From: Vicugna vicugna
Taxonomy: Eukaryota
Direction: 5' to 3'
Assembly (NCBI GenBank): GCA_013265495.1
Contig: MU057701.1
Coordinates: forward strand, 1,488,001 to 1,531,607
Length of the DNA stretch: 43,607 bases
Part shown: positions 1-13,065 of the stretch, one piece after another
How positions within the stretch are numbered: the first letter of the stretch is position 1
Layout of the letters: the number at the start of each line of letters is the position of its first letter
The notes under the pieces: generated by a model
The model's input: only the letters and a program-made list of their open reading frames with translations
The model's database searches: none
Told to the model about the DNA's origin: nothing
Made by a program: the position numbers and the translations under genes

Positions 1-120
1 AGGGAGCGGAAGAGCAGAGGTGAGAGCGGCTGGAGTGGGGCCAGAGGGGAGAAGTAAAAGAGCTCAGAGGCCACGTGTTAGGGACTCAGTGCTCCCTTTC
101 AGAATATATATATTTAGTTC

Positions 121-352
121 TCTTTTTTTAAAGTACAGTTGGCTTACAATATTGTGTTAGTTTCAGGTATACAACATAGTGATTTGTTTTTTTTTCTTTT
201 TGCAGATTATATTCCATTATAGGTTATTACAAAATATTGGGTATAATTCCCTGTGCTATACAGTAAACCCTTATTGCTTATCTACTTCATACATAGTAGT
301 TTGTATCTGTTAATCCCGTACATTTGTCTCTTTCCAACTTCCTCTCCCTTCG
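121..352 (-). mobile_element. LINE-1 3' end fragment
   Basis: T-run followed by aagtacagttggcttacaatattgtgttagtttcaggtatacaacatagtga...ccctgtgctatacagta, the reverse complement of a typical laurasiatherian L1 3' terminus; inner boundary approximate. Confidence 0.8.
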
Positions 353-439
353 GAACATTTGTTGTCCCCATCACTGCCTGAAATGCAATTTATAGACAGT
401 AACGTGCATACACACACAGTTTTAAAAAGAAATGTATTA

Positions 440-570
440 GGGGGAGAGTATAGCTCAGTGGTAGAGTGTGTGCTTAGCATGCACAAGGTTCTGAGTTCAA
501 TCCCCAGTGCCTCTGTTAAAAAACAAATAAATTAATAAACCTAATTACCTCCCCACACACACAAAAAAAG
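440..570 (+). mobile_element. tRNA-Ala-derived SINE (camelid Vic-1-like), full length
   Basis: A box (tagctcagtggtag), B box (gagttcaatcc), AGC anticodon remnant, tail aataaacctaattacctcccc plus A-run; perfect 16-bp TSD aaaaagaaatgtatta at 424-439 and 571-586. Confidence 0.9.
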
Positions 571-1196
571 AAAAAGAAATGTATTACCTGATTGGTAATC
601 CGAAATAGTAGGAAAGTGATTTTTCATCACATGTATGTAATTTAACATGGAAACGCTTTGGAGGCATACTGACATACTGACACTGCACCCGTGAATGCTG
701 TGCTGTTAATGCTGGCTGATAGAAGTGCAGACAGGATGGTGAGTGGATTTCCAAGATGGTGAACAATTCTTGTAACATTTCAAACAACAGAAGTACATTT
801 TTACTTGATTTACACAGTAGTCACAGTTTGAGAAGATTCATTGGGTAAAATTATGCAAAGGATGCTTTTGCACTTTTATGTAAAGCAGTTCAGGTTGTAG
901 GCTCAGATAATTATTAAAGGCTTTTGGCCCATGTGAGTGTCTGGCAGGACGTCAGAGCAGCCTGCAGATATGGGTGATTTTCAGCCTACCGAGCATCCCT
1001 GGCCTGCTACACTTAGTACCCGCATTACCACCCAGTTCCTGTGACCACCAGGAAATGCCCTCACAGATTTCCTGAGCACTGCCTGTTGAGCCCTCCCCAT
1101 GGAGACCACAGGTATAGGACCTAGTGGCTGGTGTTAAGAATGTTGGCTTTTTTGAAGCCACTGGAGGAATCTGAGCAGGAGAGTAACACACTCTGG

Positions 1197-1567
1197 TGTC
1201 GTGGACTGAATACTTGTGTCCCCCAAATTCAGATGTTGAAGCCTTATCCCCCAGTGTGCTGGTATTTGGAGGTGGAGCCTTTAGGAAGTGATTAAGTTAA
1301 GATGAGGTCATGAGAGTGGTGCCCCCATAATGAGATTAGTGCCCTTATAAGAAGAGGAAGAGACCAAAGCTCACTCTGTCTCCACCACGTGAGGACACAG
1401 TGAAAAAGCAGCCGTCTGCAAGCCAGGAAGAGGGCTCTCAACGGAACTCAACTATGCTGACCCCCTGATCTTGGACTTCTAGCCTCCAGAACTGTGAGAA
1501 ATAAATGTCTGTTGTTTAAGCCACCCAGGCCATTATTTTGTTACGGCAGCCCAGGCTGACTAAGTCA
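1197..1567 (+). mobile_element. MaLR solo LTR (MLT1A-like)
   Basis: TG...CA ends, about 371 bp, MLT1 motifs (ggacttctagcctccagaactgtgagaaataaatgtctgttgtttaagccac), 5-bp TSD tctgg/cctgg. Confidence 0.88.
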
Positions 1568-4500
1568 CCTGGCATCCGCTTTACAGGATCAGCAGGTGCT
1601 GGGTTGGGGCTGAACTGATGGGGCCTGGAGGAAGCAGAGACCAGGCAGAGGCTACGGCACCAGTCCAGCTGAGGGAGGACACGGGTTCGGGCCTGAGTGG
1701 GGAGTCAAATTCAGATGGAAGAAATTTGCCAATGCAGACGGACACCTATAAGTCATGAAACTGGGGTTCTGTAAAATGTATACCTGTTATTCCATTTCAT
1801 GGTTTCTTAACTGTTTACTTTTTTTTAAGGGGCCAAAAAACTAGGAATTTTTTTTTTCTTCCCACAGAGCGATTCTGGCAGGTGCTTTTGTTCCTCAACT
1901 TAACATGTGTTGCTGTTCCCAGAAATGGAGATTTCTCACATCACAGCGGCAAACTACACTTAGTACAGAAAACGAGTTTTATTTGTTTTCAAAAACTAAT
2001 TTGAGTCCTGACAGTCTACCTTAGGTGCGATCTTTCTAAGCTGTGATTTTGTAACTGTAGCAACGGCACTGTCTGTCTCTGAAATATCACCAGTGAACAC
2101 AGCTGTGTATGTTTCATTTCTGCGCCTCCAGCCCAAGTACAAACTGCGAATGCTGCTGTCATGTTTTGTGTTGAGTTTTACAAAGCTGGCCTTGGCTTGG
2201 TGCAGTTAAAGGACTTTCTTTTGTATTGCATTGGCTAGTTTGGGGCTTCTTACGCTCCCCTTGAAATACTAGTTAATGCTAAGGTTTGACACTCAGATCA
2301 CCGTCAGATTGCAGTCTATTCTGTAGCAACCTCACTCCCATTCCCTTCCATCTCCTTTCTAGTAATAATAGGTACAGAGGACCGGGTCTAATCTAGAGCC
2401 ATTCTTTATTTACCCTAAAAACAGGCTGCTCTCCCAGCTAGACAGGCCGAGACTCCTGCGATGTCCACTGAATGGTTAATTTTGGAGATTTCTTATGAGG
2501 GAGGGATCAGAACAAAATTAGTTATTTGAAGTTTGAAGAAAGCCTTCCAGGATGCTTCCCGTTTAAGCATGTGCCTCTTCCCGTAAGTCCTTCCGTGCTG
2601 ACAGCGCAGCCCTCCCAGGCCGGGAAAGAGTGTCCTGCTGCTTGTGCTCCCTCCCCTCCAGCAGCCCGCAGTGTTAGGCGCCTGCAAATCCGTTGAGACG
2701 CCCTTCACAGCTCACCGCCCTGACTCCTCAAGCCCGGGGAGCCCCTCCCTCGGTGGGTCCCAGAGGCACTGCGCTGAAGCCTCTGGTGTGGCGCTTCCTG
2801 CTTGTTGTGACTTTTTGGTTACATTCGTCTTCCTACTGGATTCCAGTAGTTTCATCTGTCTTGCGTTCTAACTCCTTGAGGGAATGGGGTCTCCAGACAG
2901 CGAGGGATGCTCAGTTAACGTCTGAGACACGCAGTGCCACCTCGGGTCCCAGGGCCCTCCTGACCAGACCTCTTTTGGGAACCCTGAGAAACAGACGGGG
3001 CTTGACTTTGCCTCCTCAGGATGCATCGTCATGGAAGTTTCCACTTCCAGTGTCTGGTCTTGAGTTGCACATGGCTTTTTGCGACTTTCTGCAGTTGGTT
3101 TTCTCTCGTATCCTTTAGGCAACGTGCACATTCCTCTGAAGAGTCAGAGACCTCACTCAGAGGTGCGAGGGCAACAGGATTGAAGGGGAAGTTGTGAAAG
3201 GGATGACGCTGAGTTAGCGGTTCTAACCTGTTTTCTCTTCAGGAGTTTTCTAGGCTTAAGATAGGCATCTTTCTGCTTCATTGCTTAAGCACAAGAAGGT
3301 GCTTATTTGTTCTCCGTTGTTTTGCAGGACTGAAAACTAAATTTTTGAGAAAGAATATGACAGAGACTTGTTTCTGCTTTTGAGTATCTTGAAAAAAGTG
3401 TTTTCTCTCTTTTTCTTTTTTGTATTTTACTTTTTATCACCAAGATTCTAAACATACACAAACATAGAGATAATGATGTAATGAGCCCTCCTTACCCATC
3501 AGTCAGCTTCAGTAAGCACCAACTGGTGCCCGGTCTCGTTACTCCCAGTCACGTCCCTTCCACATGTGTGGGGTCTGCTTCAGAGCAATACACCTCACAT
3601 TAGGGAGGGGCCCCCATGAATAGCAGTCACCACACCTGGTGGCACAGATTTCAACTCCAGCGGGTGGGTACTCTCTGCAGCATCGCTTGGTATGTATCGG
3701 AGTACAGTTGTGAACACAGCTGAAGTACAGGGTAAAAGGCCTGTTTGGCCTGTGACTTAGTTATTGTCCTGCTCGTCTTTGGACTCCCATGGCTCAAGAA
3801 TGAGTTCTGTGAAGTTAACGACATCCTGAGAGGCCCTGGGGCGTAGGCCCAAGCGTTAATTTGTCCTGCTCTCCCCTCTTTCAGTCCTTCACGATTGGTT
3901 AGAGCATTCAGTGTGCGTTTTCAGGTCTGAGTTACTTCTGCCCAGGTGAGGATGAGTAAGAACAGTAGAATTCGACAGCCATCGGTACTGGGCGGTTTCT
4001 CAGATTACTTTGGTGTTTCTACAGGATCATCTTTTTCAAGCATGACGTTTGGTGACTTGCAGAGATTACCCTGAAAGAAAACCTGTGGCATCCTCTCCCA
4101 GTTCTGATGAGACTTGGAATTTCATCGTGGATTTGAGGAGGCTTTGATTAGATGCCCATTTTGAAATGTTCTCCTCATGAAAGCTGAACTTTGAGGAACG
4201 TTTGAGAGTTGCTACCCTACAACTTGGACCTAACAACTTTAGTGGGAGTTTAAGATGTAGATTACCGAAGTGCCTTTCCTCTGGAGGGAGGAAATGAGCT
4301 GCCAGTGGGGAGAAGTATTCCCTAATTGGTTCACTTGAGTGCATGAACCACATGGGGGAGACTTGAGTTTTGAGTTGGGGAGGGGTGAATGACCTTGTTT
4401 CTACCAACAATTTTTATAAGCAAATGGGATCATAAGGCAGTTAGGAATTCATTAGGAGTCTTTTGGTCCTTAAGTACCTTTCAAAAGGGCCAGCCCAGAA

Positions 4501-6272
4501 CACTTTAAATTATTACTAGAGGTGCCCTTAGAAGGGTCTGGTTTGGAGAATTTCCAACTGTGTCATGACGTCGTCCTTGAACCTGGAGGAGTCTTCAGTC
4601 AGAGAGGAAGCTGGTTTTAAATGCCAGGTGTGTAGGGGGCAGCTGGGCGGTTGTGCTTTAGAAAGAGGAGCGAGGAGGAGCAGGGCCCATCTAGATTCTG
4701 CCGGAGCAGCACTGTGTTCCAGAAATATCGATGCTCATCTGGGGAAGAGAAGAGAACGATCTCGTAGGGCTCCTTGAGAGCCAGTCAAATGGGCAGCCTG
4801 TTCTTGTGGCTTCTGTAATCAAAGGAATCTTACTCCTTCCTACGTGAGCGTAAGTCTGCCCAGAGTGACCTCCAGAGAGAGGCCGTCGGGCCCAAACTCC
4901 GGTTTGAGACAGTTACCTAAATTGTGGCTGACTTCATCAAAGACATTTTTCTGTGTCTAGGGAAGCCTGACCTGATGCTGACAGGGTCCTTCGTGCTGTT
5001 CTCCAGGGGTTTCTCTTTGCACTTCCAGCCCCGTGGAAGTGTAGGATCAGGCTGTCAAGATTTCTACTATTGCTGAGGGTGGCAGGAAGAACTGGCCTTT
5101 CTTTTCAACCTCCTGGAAAGATTTTCCTTAAGTAGCTTTTGTTTTTTTAGCTTCTCTTTTTAAATTTTTTTTTCATTTTAGAAAAACTTTAACATACACA
5201 GAAGTAAAGAGAATAGTGTCATGAAGCCCTTGTGCACCCAGCACCCAGCTTCAGTAATGATCAACATGACCATCCCTTCCCCTCTCCTCCATTATTTTGA
5301 AGCAAATGCCACATCAGTTTTTGCATAAATTTAAATAATTTTAAAATGTGAGTGAACAGACTGAGCTCTGCCTGGGCAGCTCTTTGTCAGCTTATATCAT
5401 GTAGGTGTCTGTGTGAAAAAGTTCTTTTCATTAGGATAAAGGTATTTGAATGACTGTATTCCACATGCAATGTTGGATATCTTAAATTCTTGACTTCCTT
5501 TCATTCTGCAGACAGCATTACCTGCTAAGTGTAAGGGAAGCGAAGACCTGAACAGCAGTTACACAGGAGTTCACTTTGATTATTCACTGAACTGTCATTA
5601 GCCCCAGGCACTTTCCTGTGTGTATTTCACAAGAAACAAGCTAGATGGTTCTTGCCCTATAAAGGGCTTAAAATTCAGTCCGGCCCCCAGATATTTGAGA
5701 ACCAGAGAGGCCACATGCAATGAAGTGCCTGTTGCCCAAGAAATGTGGTAAGTGCATCGTAAGAACATACCAAGTGCAGTGGGCATTCAGTTTCTGATTT
5801 TCTGGGGAAAGGGGTGTTTGAAGGACCGGCAAAGTTAGGCAAATGGAGTTGGGGCGGGTAATGTTGAGCACAGAGACCAGCACGAGAGCGTGGGCTGAGT
5901 CTGGGGAAGAGATGTGATTGAAGGGTGATCACGGAGGAGAATTGGGTCTGGGTTTTGCAGAGCCTTGAATGCTCGAGGACTGTGGTTCCCAAACCCTGCT
6001 GAGGGGCCTGGGCGCCACAGTGCTCTCTTGAGGCACTGCAGCTGGTTTAAATGTGTGCGAGAAACACAGCAATACTCCACCAGTGTCAAATACTACGTGA
6101 AAATCTATGTGGAATGGTAATGAGCGTGGCCGTGTCTATGTGAGTGTAAGATCTGAAGTATGTGTAGCACTCAGCAAGTACGCATGGCCCATTACTAAAT
6201 GATTATGGTTAACAATGAAAAAAGTGTTTTTCTTTCAATTTATATATAGTATTTTTTTTCACATGGCTTCTA

Positions 6273-6350
6273 GACCTCTTTTTTTTTTTTTTAATTGGAG
6301 ATACTGGGGATTGAACTCACAACCTCATGCATGCTAAGCATGGGCTCTGC
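6273..6350 (-). mobile_element. 5'-truncated tRNA-Ala-derived SINE with short tail
   Basis: Minus strand reads gcagagcccatgcttagcatgcatgaggttgtgagttcaatccccagtatctccaatt(A)n; flanked by the 18-bp direct repeat tttttcacatggcttcta (6255-6272, 6351-6368). Confidence 0.85.
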
Positions 6351-7294
6351 TTTTTCACATGGCTTCTACGTTGCAAGGCCCTAAGTACCTAAGTCGTTTG
6401 GACCTAACTGCTCAATAAATGGAACCGTTGGGTATTTCTTTTGGTCTCGGGCCCTGGGGAGAAATTACACCGACACTAAGGGTGCTGTGAACCAAGAAAG
6501 TTTGGGAACGTCTGATTTGAGACAGAGACGGAAGATATTTGGGAGGCAGAGGGATCTGTTGTAGGATTTTATATGGAGGGAAGACGGGAGCAGACTTGCC
6601 TTCGCGGAGCCCTCTCCGGCAGCGGGTGGAGCACGATCTGAAGGGCAGAGCTCCGAGATGGACCTGGCTAGGAGGCTGCTGTAGACCCAGCGGGAAGTGG
6701 CGACCGCTGCGTTTTGCGGTGGTAAAGGAAATGAAAAGGGGGATGACGGAGATTTTTGAGAAAGTAGGTCAAATCTTATAAAACTTAGGATCTAATTGAA
6801 TGGGAGAGGGTTAGAATTAAGAGAAGGGGAGAGTCAAGGAGAACTCTGAGATTCCAGGCTGTGTGTATGGGTGGAGGTGGGGTCAGCGAGCCCATCTGGG
6901 GGGTGCGAAAGCAGGAGCAGGTTCCAGGAGGGGGAGGGGGACAGGCTGGGGACTGAGGTGCCCCATGAGCAGTGGGGAGTGGGACTGGGTGATGGACTAC
7001 CCAGGAGAACGTCGTCAGAAGTCAGGTAGAGCCCAAATAAGAGGGATTTGCAAGTGTTAGATTGGGCCCCTGGAACTTGCCGCTGGCAGTTTTGAGCTTA
7101 TCCTGAGGGTAGGGCAGAGAGTGAGGTGAGAAAGGCTCCGAAGGTGAGAGGCGCCGGAGCAGTGGTTTCCTGTGTGGCTCAGAGTCAGAACTACCTTGCA
7201 TGTGTTAAAAACACAAATTCCCTGGCCCTACCTATGGAATCCACTCCTCAGGGGAAGGACCTAGGAATCCACATTTTTAAAACTATAGATAACT

Positions 7295-7850
7295 TCCACA
7301 CTGGTGGCAGTGTACAGTCGTACAGACATTTCCGAGAACTGTTTGGCAGTTTCATGTCAAGCCAAATGCAAACAGTACGGCTCAGCCGTTCTGCTTCTAG
7401 GTATTTCCCCAAGAGAAATGAAAATATAGGTCCAAAGACTTGTACACAAACATTCATAGCAGCTTGTTTACATTCTTCCAGCCAAAAACTAGAAATAACC
7501 CAAACGTCTGCCAACAGATAGATAAACAAATTGTGGTATAGCCATATAGCGGAGGCCTAGTCAGCAGTAAAAGAGAACAAACTGATATAACAGTATGAAT
7601 GAATTTCAGAAGTATGATGCAGAGAGAAAGAAGCCAGATGCCAACGAGAACCTCCTGTATTAATTCCGTTTGTGAAATTTTAGAACAAACATAAGGAACG
7701 TATCAGCGGTTGTCTGGGGTGGGGAACCTTGAATCGACAGGTGTGTGAGAGAATGTTTGGGGGTGATGGAAATGTCATATCTTGATCATGAGGGGAGCTA
7801 TGTGAATGTGTCTGTTTTTCAAGACACACTGTACTCTTAAGGTAGATGCA
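7295..7850 (+). mobile_element. Old LINE-1 (L1M-type) ORF2 end and 3' UTR fragment
   Basis: ctaggtatttccccaagagaaatgaaaa...caaagacttgtacacaaacattcatagcagc...aacaaattgtggtata motifs; boundaries approximate. Confidence 0.75.
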
Positions 7851-8459
7851 TTTAGGAGAGAACAGGGAGCATGTGGAGAGGAGGGAGGGGGAGCCCAGAG
7901 GTTCAGTCTGTTTGTAGGCAGAAGGGAAAGAGTTAGCCGGAAGGGCATGAAGTTCCTTGGAGACACAGTATCATTTGGGCTCTGGATATGTGAGTGTGAA
8001 GTAGCTATGAACACGGAGGTGAAAGCATCGTCCTTTTACAGAGGTGTGAAGGGAAGGGAGGAGTTGGGCCAGCGTGAAGGGTGAAGGGCTAGAAAGTTTC
8101 GAGGTGCTGACCCTGCCCCCCCCCCAGTTCCTCTGTGTCACAAGAAGGGCATCATGGGCAGAGAGGAGGGAACCTTGAGGCAAGGAGTGGAGGTTGGAAA
8201 TACCAGGTGTGAGGAACAGAGAACAGAGGCCAACCAGGAAGTAGATAAATATATCTCCTGTGACGTGGGGCCCAGCTGCCCATACATGTTTAATGGTGTC
8301 TCCACAAGTGATGAGTGTTTTCTTCCACAGTGCTCCGAAGCCTGGGCGGAGGAAAGGGGACTGCAAGGTGGATTCTGGGCTCAGGGTTGATAGAGCCTGG
8401 CTGCTGGATTACAGACGTGATCAACGGTGGATATCCAGGCAGGGCGAGGATGGAAGTAG

Positions 8460-9010
8460 GAAGGAAACTAACATTCATCGATTGCTCCATTCAGTAAATA
8501 CTGAGCACCTCCTGGGTGCCAGGCACTGTTTTAGATGCTGGGGGTGTAGCAGACAGCAAAAGATGAACCCCAGCCCCTGTGGATCTACAATGGTCAGAAG
8601 TCGGACATTACAAAAATAAGTAAAATACACAGTATTTCAGAAGTGGTATCACGGAGAAAAATTAAGCAGGGATGAGGGGTAGGGAAACGTGGTGGGTAGG
8701 AGGTGGTCATGGAAGACCTCTCTGAGATGGTGACATTTGATCAAAGACCTAGGTAGAGGGAACAGCATATGCAAAGGCCCTGAGGCAGGGGCAGCCTTGG
8801 CAGTGCTCAAGGAATACCCTGTATTTCAGCATGGCTGGAATGCAGTGAGGAGGATCCAGAGACAATGGGAGATTGCCAGAATGGCTGTGGGAGGGTGGGA
8901 TTGCATGGGATTTGTAGGCCACTGTGTGAACACTAGTCTCTGCTGAGTGAGATGGGACCCATCAAAGGATTGTGAGTGGCAGAGAAGATAATCTGATTTA
9001 TGTCTATGGA
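8460..9010 (-). mobile_element. LINE-2 3' fragment
   Basis: cattcagtaaatactgagcacctcctgggtgccaggcactgtt and gggaacagcatatgcaaaggccctgaggcag are typical reverse-strand L2 motifs; boundaries approximate. Confidence 0.7.
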
Positions 9011-9049
9011 AGGATTACTCTCTTCTGTCAAGGCACTGGCTTTAAGTTT

Positions 9050-9245
9050 CAACAAACATTTAGTCCTTCTTTAATCCACATAGAGATGCCCTATAAGGTT
9101 GGTGTTGTCATCTCTATTTCTTTTCTTCCCTTTACAGATGAGGCAGTTAGGGCTCAGAGAGATGAAGTAACTTTGCTGAGGTCACTCAGCTGGTAATTGG
9201 CAGAGCCAGGATTTAAGCCTAGGTTGTTCTGATTCCAAAGGCCAC
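9050..9245 (-). mobile_element. MIR SINE
   Basis: MIR core tttacagatgaggcagttagggctcagagagatgaagtaactttgctgaggtcactcagctggtaa...agagccaggatttaagcctagg. Confidence 0.75.
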
Positions 9246-12200
9246 ATTGACTAGGAGAAAAGGGAGTGCTTGAAAGACAAAGGGTCCGATGATGTTGAAG
9301 GGATATTGGGAGTAAGAAACAGAATGATGGTCATTCTAGAAATAGACCATAGAGTTTGGCATCCTATGGCATGTGCTGGGGGAGAATGAGTGTCCACAGT
9401 GTGATTTGAGGCCTGCCTGTCTTCTAGAATAGTGTTAAAAAAAAAAACAAGGTAGTCAAACCAGTCTGGGGAGAAAGCTGGAGGGTGTGATTTGGGCAAG
9501 TGGTGGTTGAGGTGCTGGTAGGAGATGGTGGAAATGTCCAGCTGGTCCACAAAGAGGAGCTCCCGGGAGGGGGACTTAGAGTTCCCCATGTGGGGAAGCT
9601 ACAGAGATGGATGTGCTCTCTGAGAGAACTGAGGGGTGGATCCAGAAATTTTCTTCCCTGTTGGAGTTAAGGAGTGGAGTGAGGAGTGGAGGAGGGACGA
9701 GGGGCTGGGAGAGAGAAGAGTGAAAAACCAGGTGGTGCAGGGCCACAGAAGCCGGGAGGTGGAGAGATTCAAGGCGAGGAGGGCCGAACCACACGGCCTA
9801 GGGCAGCAGGCGTGTGCGATCCCCCGGGTGCTGGGGAAGTAGCAGAAAGGTCAGAGCTGTTGGTGCTGAAGGACCGAGACCTCAAGGCCCAGGGCTCAAA
9901 AGGGAGCCAAGTCAGGTGTGCATTTGGGGCCCGTTTCTGAGGGAGGAGTACAAGGCTTGCGAGAGGATGGGATGGAGGGTGAAGGTGAAAAGGTTTTTCG
10001 TGAAAAGACGGAAACTGACTTCTTTTGGAGATGAAAATGTTTAAGTTTTTACCCTTATGAACTTGGACATAGGAAGGATGCTGAACATCTGTTTTGAGTC
10101 ATTTCTGCCTCAGGTTGCAAAGGACGAGTCGGTGAGCACAGAACAGGAGCAGTGAATGTCACCTTGCCTGAGCCGGGCTTCTCCCATGTAAAGGCCTGAG
10201 CTGGACCCACAAGGGAAACCGAGGCCAGCGGCTACCCCCGGAGAAGTGGGCCGCTCTGTTCCTCCCCGCGTTAATCTTGGAGACCAAACACTGACTTCAG
10301 CCATTTTTACCCTCCTCTTCTGATGTGTTAACCTTTACCTTGAATCACACCCATTTTTTACACTTGCAAAGTAACCCTTTTTTTTTTCCTTCTGAAAGTA
10401 AAATAGCTTTGTGAGATGCCTTTTATCCTTATCAGACTCCATATAGATAGAGAGGCTTATTTTGTAGCAGTGTTTATTGATAGTCTTAGAGCTAGGCCAC
10501 TGTTTCTTTTTACGTGGCTGATTTTTTTTTAAAGCAAGAATCTTGCCTGGTACCGGTTCTCATTATTAAATCCCAGACAACTACTTTTTCATGTTAGGCT
10601 TTCATTGCACATTTTCAGGTGATGCTTTTTGCTTTTATTTTGCTGGCTTTCCAAGCATTTTCATCTCTAACCTTTCCTATTATGGAAAATTTCAAGCCTT
10701 TGTAGAGAGAATGATAAAATGACAGATCAGTATTGTCAATTCTGTTTTTAAACAGTTATCGACAGGCTGCCGTTTTCTGTTTTATCTGCCCCCCCATATG
10801 ATTTTTTTTTTTCCTGTAGCATTTTCAAGCAAACCTCAAATGATTTAAAAAAAAAAATCTGTGTAACAGGTCAGTGTCACACACTGGCATGCCTCCGTCA
10901 GCTGTCCTGATAGTCGTGCTGTGACGTGGCCTGCAGCTCTGCCGGTGTTTTTCAGGGGCCCTGTTTTACCGAGTGGCTGGGAAGGCGCCCCTGCTGGAGT
11001 TCGTGTCCTCCCAAGCCTAGGAGGAAGCATGGCTCGTAAACAGTGACGTAGGTGCCCACCCATCCTTCCCTGGCTCCTGCCAGCGGCCTGTGTCTTCACT
11101 GGAACCTTTCTGGTGCAGGATACACTCTGGGACCTGAGGCTTCCATGGCGGGTGACCAGTGGATAAGCTCTAGAAAAGCAGAAAAATCTGCCCCTAAGGA
11201 CGAGACCCTGAGAGCGAGCAAACTGTCCAGCCAAGATAAGCTCAGGAACAAGAATTGGAACCCTGTTGGTGTCCACGTCTTATTTCTGGTGACTTGCTAG
11301 AATTTGGTAGTGCCTTCTTTGTCTGTGTTTATCCGCGATGCCTTTAAGTGGCTGAAACACCCAAAAACGATGCCCTCTGGACTGCTGTGTTTTCTTTGGA
11401 ATATGGCATTCTTGCTCCTCCCGGAGTGCACGGCTTCAGGGCTGCGTTGGAGGAACCGGGTTATAATTGCACCTTGACTCGTTTCAGGAGAGTGAGTGCC
11501 GTGTGCCCTCATTTCCTGTCTCTTGCATCAGTCTGTTTGTGAGAGTGTACCGGGAGGTGATTAATGGGAACGATAAACATGTGCTCGCTGACTGAAAGTT
11601 CCTCCTGTTTCCTGAAATGCTCTTGGTTTTAATGAATTGTTTGTTTGCTGCCCACAGACCACATGTGGTGTGTGTGCTTCGGTTGTTGTGAACACTGTAC
11701 GCCTTCATGTCGGAGTGGGGCTTGTAAAGCAAAGTCAACATGTGATAAGGCTTGAAAGGGTTTTCTTCATCCGAGAATCCCAGCTGGCTAGGGAAATTAG
11801 ACAGCTGTCTCTCACCAGAAGCAGTGCCCGTGGAGCCTGGACCTCGGTATCCAACATCATATCACAGTATTTGCCGTCCTCGCCCCCAGCTTTGAAGTGA
11901 TGGGTAGCCCACGGGGTCTTGACTGCTGGCAGTGCCTCTCTGCTGTGTGGCCTCATGCCTGTGGATTTTAGCTGTTACTGCACTGCTGTGTCCGCGTCCT
12001 CTCATCCCCGCCACCATCCACCCCATGGAGTCAGGAGCACCCTCTTGATTTGCACCTGGGAGAAGTTCTGCCATTTTGGACTACTGCAAATATTAAAACT
12101 GATTTGGAGAAAAAAAACTTTTTTCCCCTATTTCAAAAGTAATGCCTACTTTTGTAGAAATTTGGGGAAATATAGGAAAGGTGGGGGAGTCATATTTCCA

Positions 12201-13031
12201 ACAAAGATAATTTACAATTAACATTTTTTTGCCTTTCCATATAGTTTTTTTAAATGCACATTGAAAGTTTTCTCCTCAGCTGCAATAATACTCTACGTAC
12301 AATGTTATCTTTTCTCTTGAACATAATAATATAAAGATTTCTACTTGTTTTTAAACTTTATAAGCCCTTTTAGAAGCCTTAATTGGCTGCCAAGTGGACA
12401 TTCCATAATTTAACCATATCATTGAATATTTAGGTCATTTGTGGTGCTACTGTGAAGATCTTTGTACAGAAAGCATTTTCTATAGTTTGTGTTGTTTTTA
12501 AACTAGATTTTATAGGAATCAAATTAATGAATCAAGAAGAATGAATCCTTGAAGGCTCTGAGATTGTCGCATTGCTGCCCCAAAGGGGTTTACCATCCAA
12601 ATTCTCATCAACAGCAAAATTGCTTCTTAAGGCAGTTTTGCTTTTCCTAATGGGACTATCTAGTGCCACAACCAGGTATCTGACAAAGTGATGATTTAGT
12701 TTTTAGAAGTCCTTGGTATGTCAGGTAGCGACCCTGTGACCCATTGTCTACTTGGGTTGTCACTGGTGCGTCCCTCTCTGTCCATCGCCCAAGTTCCATG
12801 CACGTTTCTTGACAGCAGTTCCATTCTGCCCTCAGCCCTCTCTCCAGTCTCAGTGAGGGCCATGGGAGCTCACATTTGTGCTTCTGTGTGTGGCTTTTCT
12901 AAAGTGCCTTCACACACGTTATCTCCCAGTGATGAATTTAAGTTATCCGTACACTTTGTGAGTTGGTCCTGGGAACTCTCGGAATCTTGATATAATCTGC
13001 CTGACGATGCCTTTGTTGTTGTTTTGCACAG

Positions 13032-13065
13032 ATCCAGTCCTGCAGGTTCCAACACATGTTGAAGA
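13032..13065 (+). CDS. ERN1: ERN1 exon 3 (34 nt), (D)PVLQVPTHVE(E), luminal domain
   Basis: ttttgcacag|ATCCAGTCC...GTTGAAGA|gtaagt; too short for the ORF track, found by reading the sequence. Confidence 0.95.

Noticed and set aside
440..514. Apparent tRNA-Ala(AGC) genes (also near 25870-25949, 33401-33482 and 38490-38564)
   Set aside because: Each has a SINE tail, an A-run, flanking direct repeats and substitutions relative to the other copies; they are retroposed SINEs, not tRNA genes.
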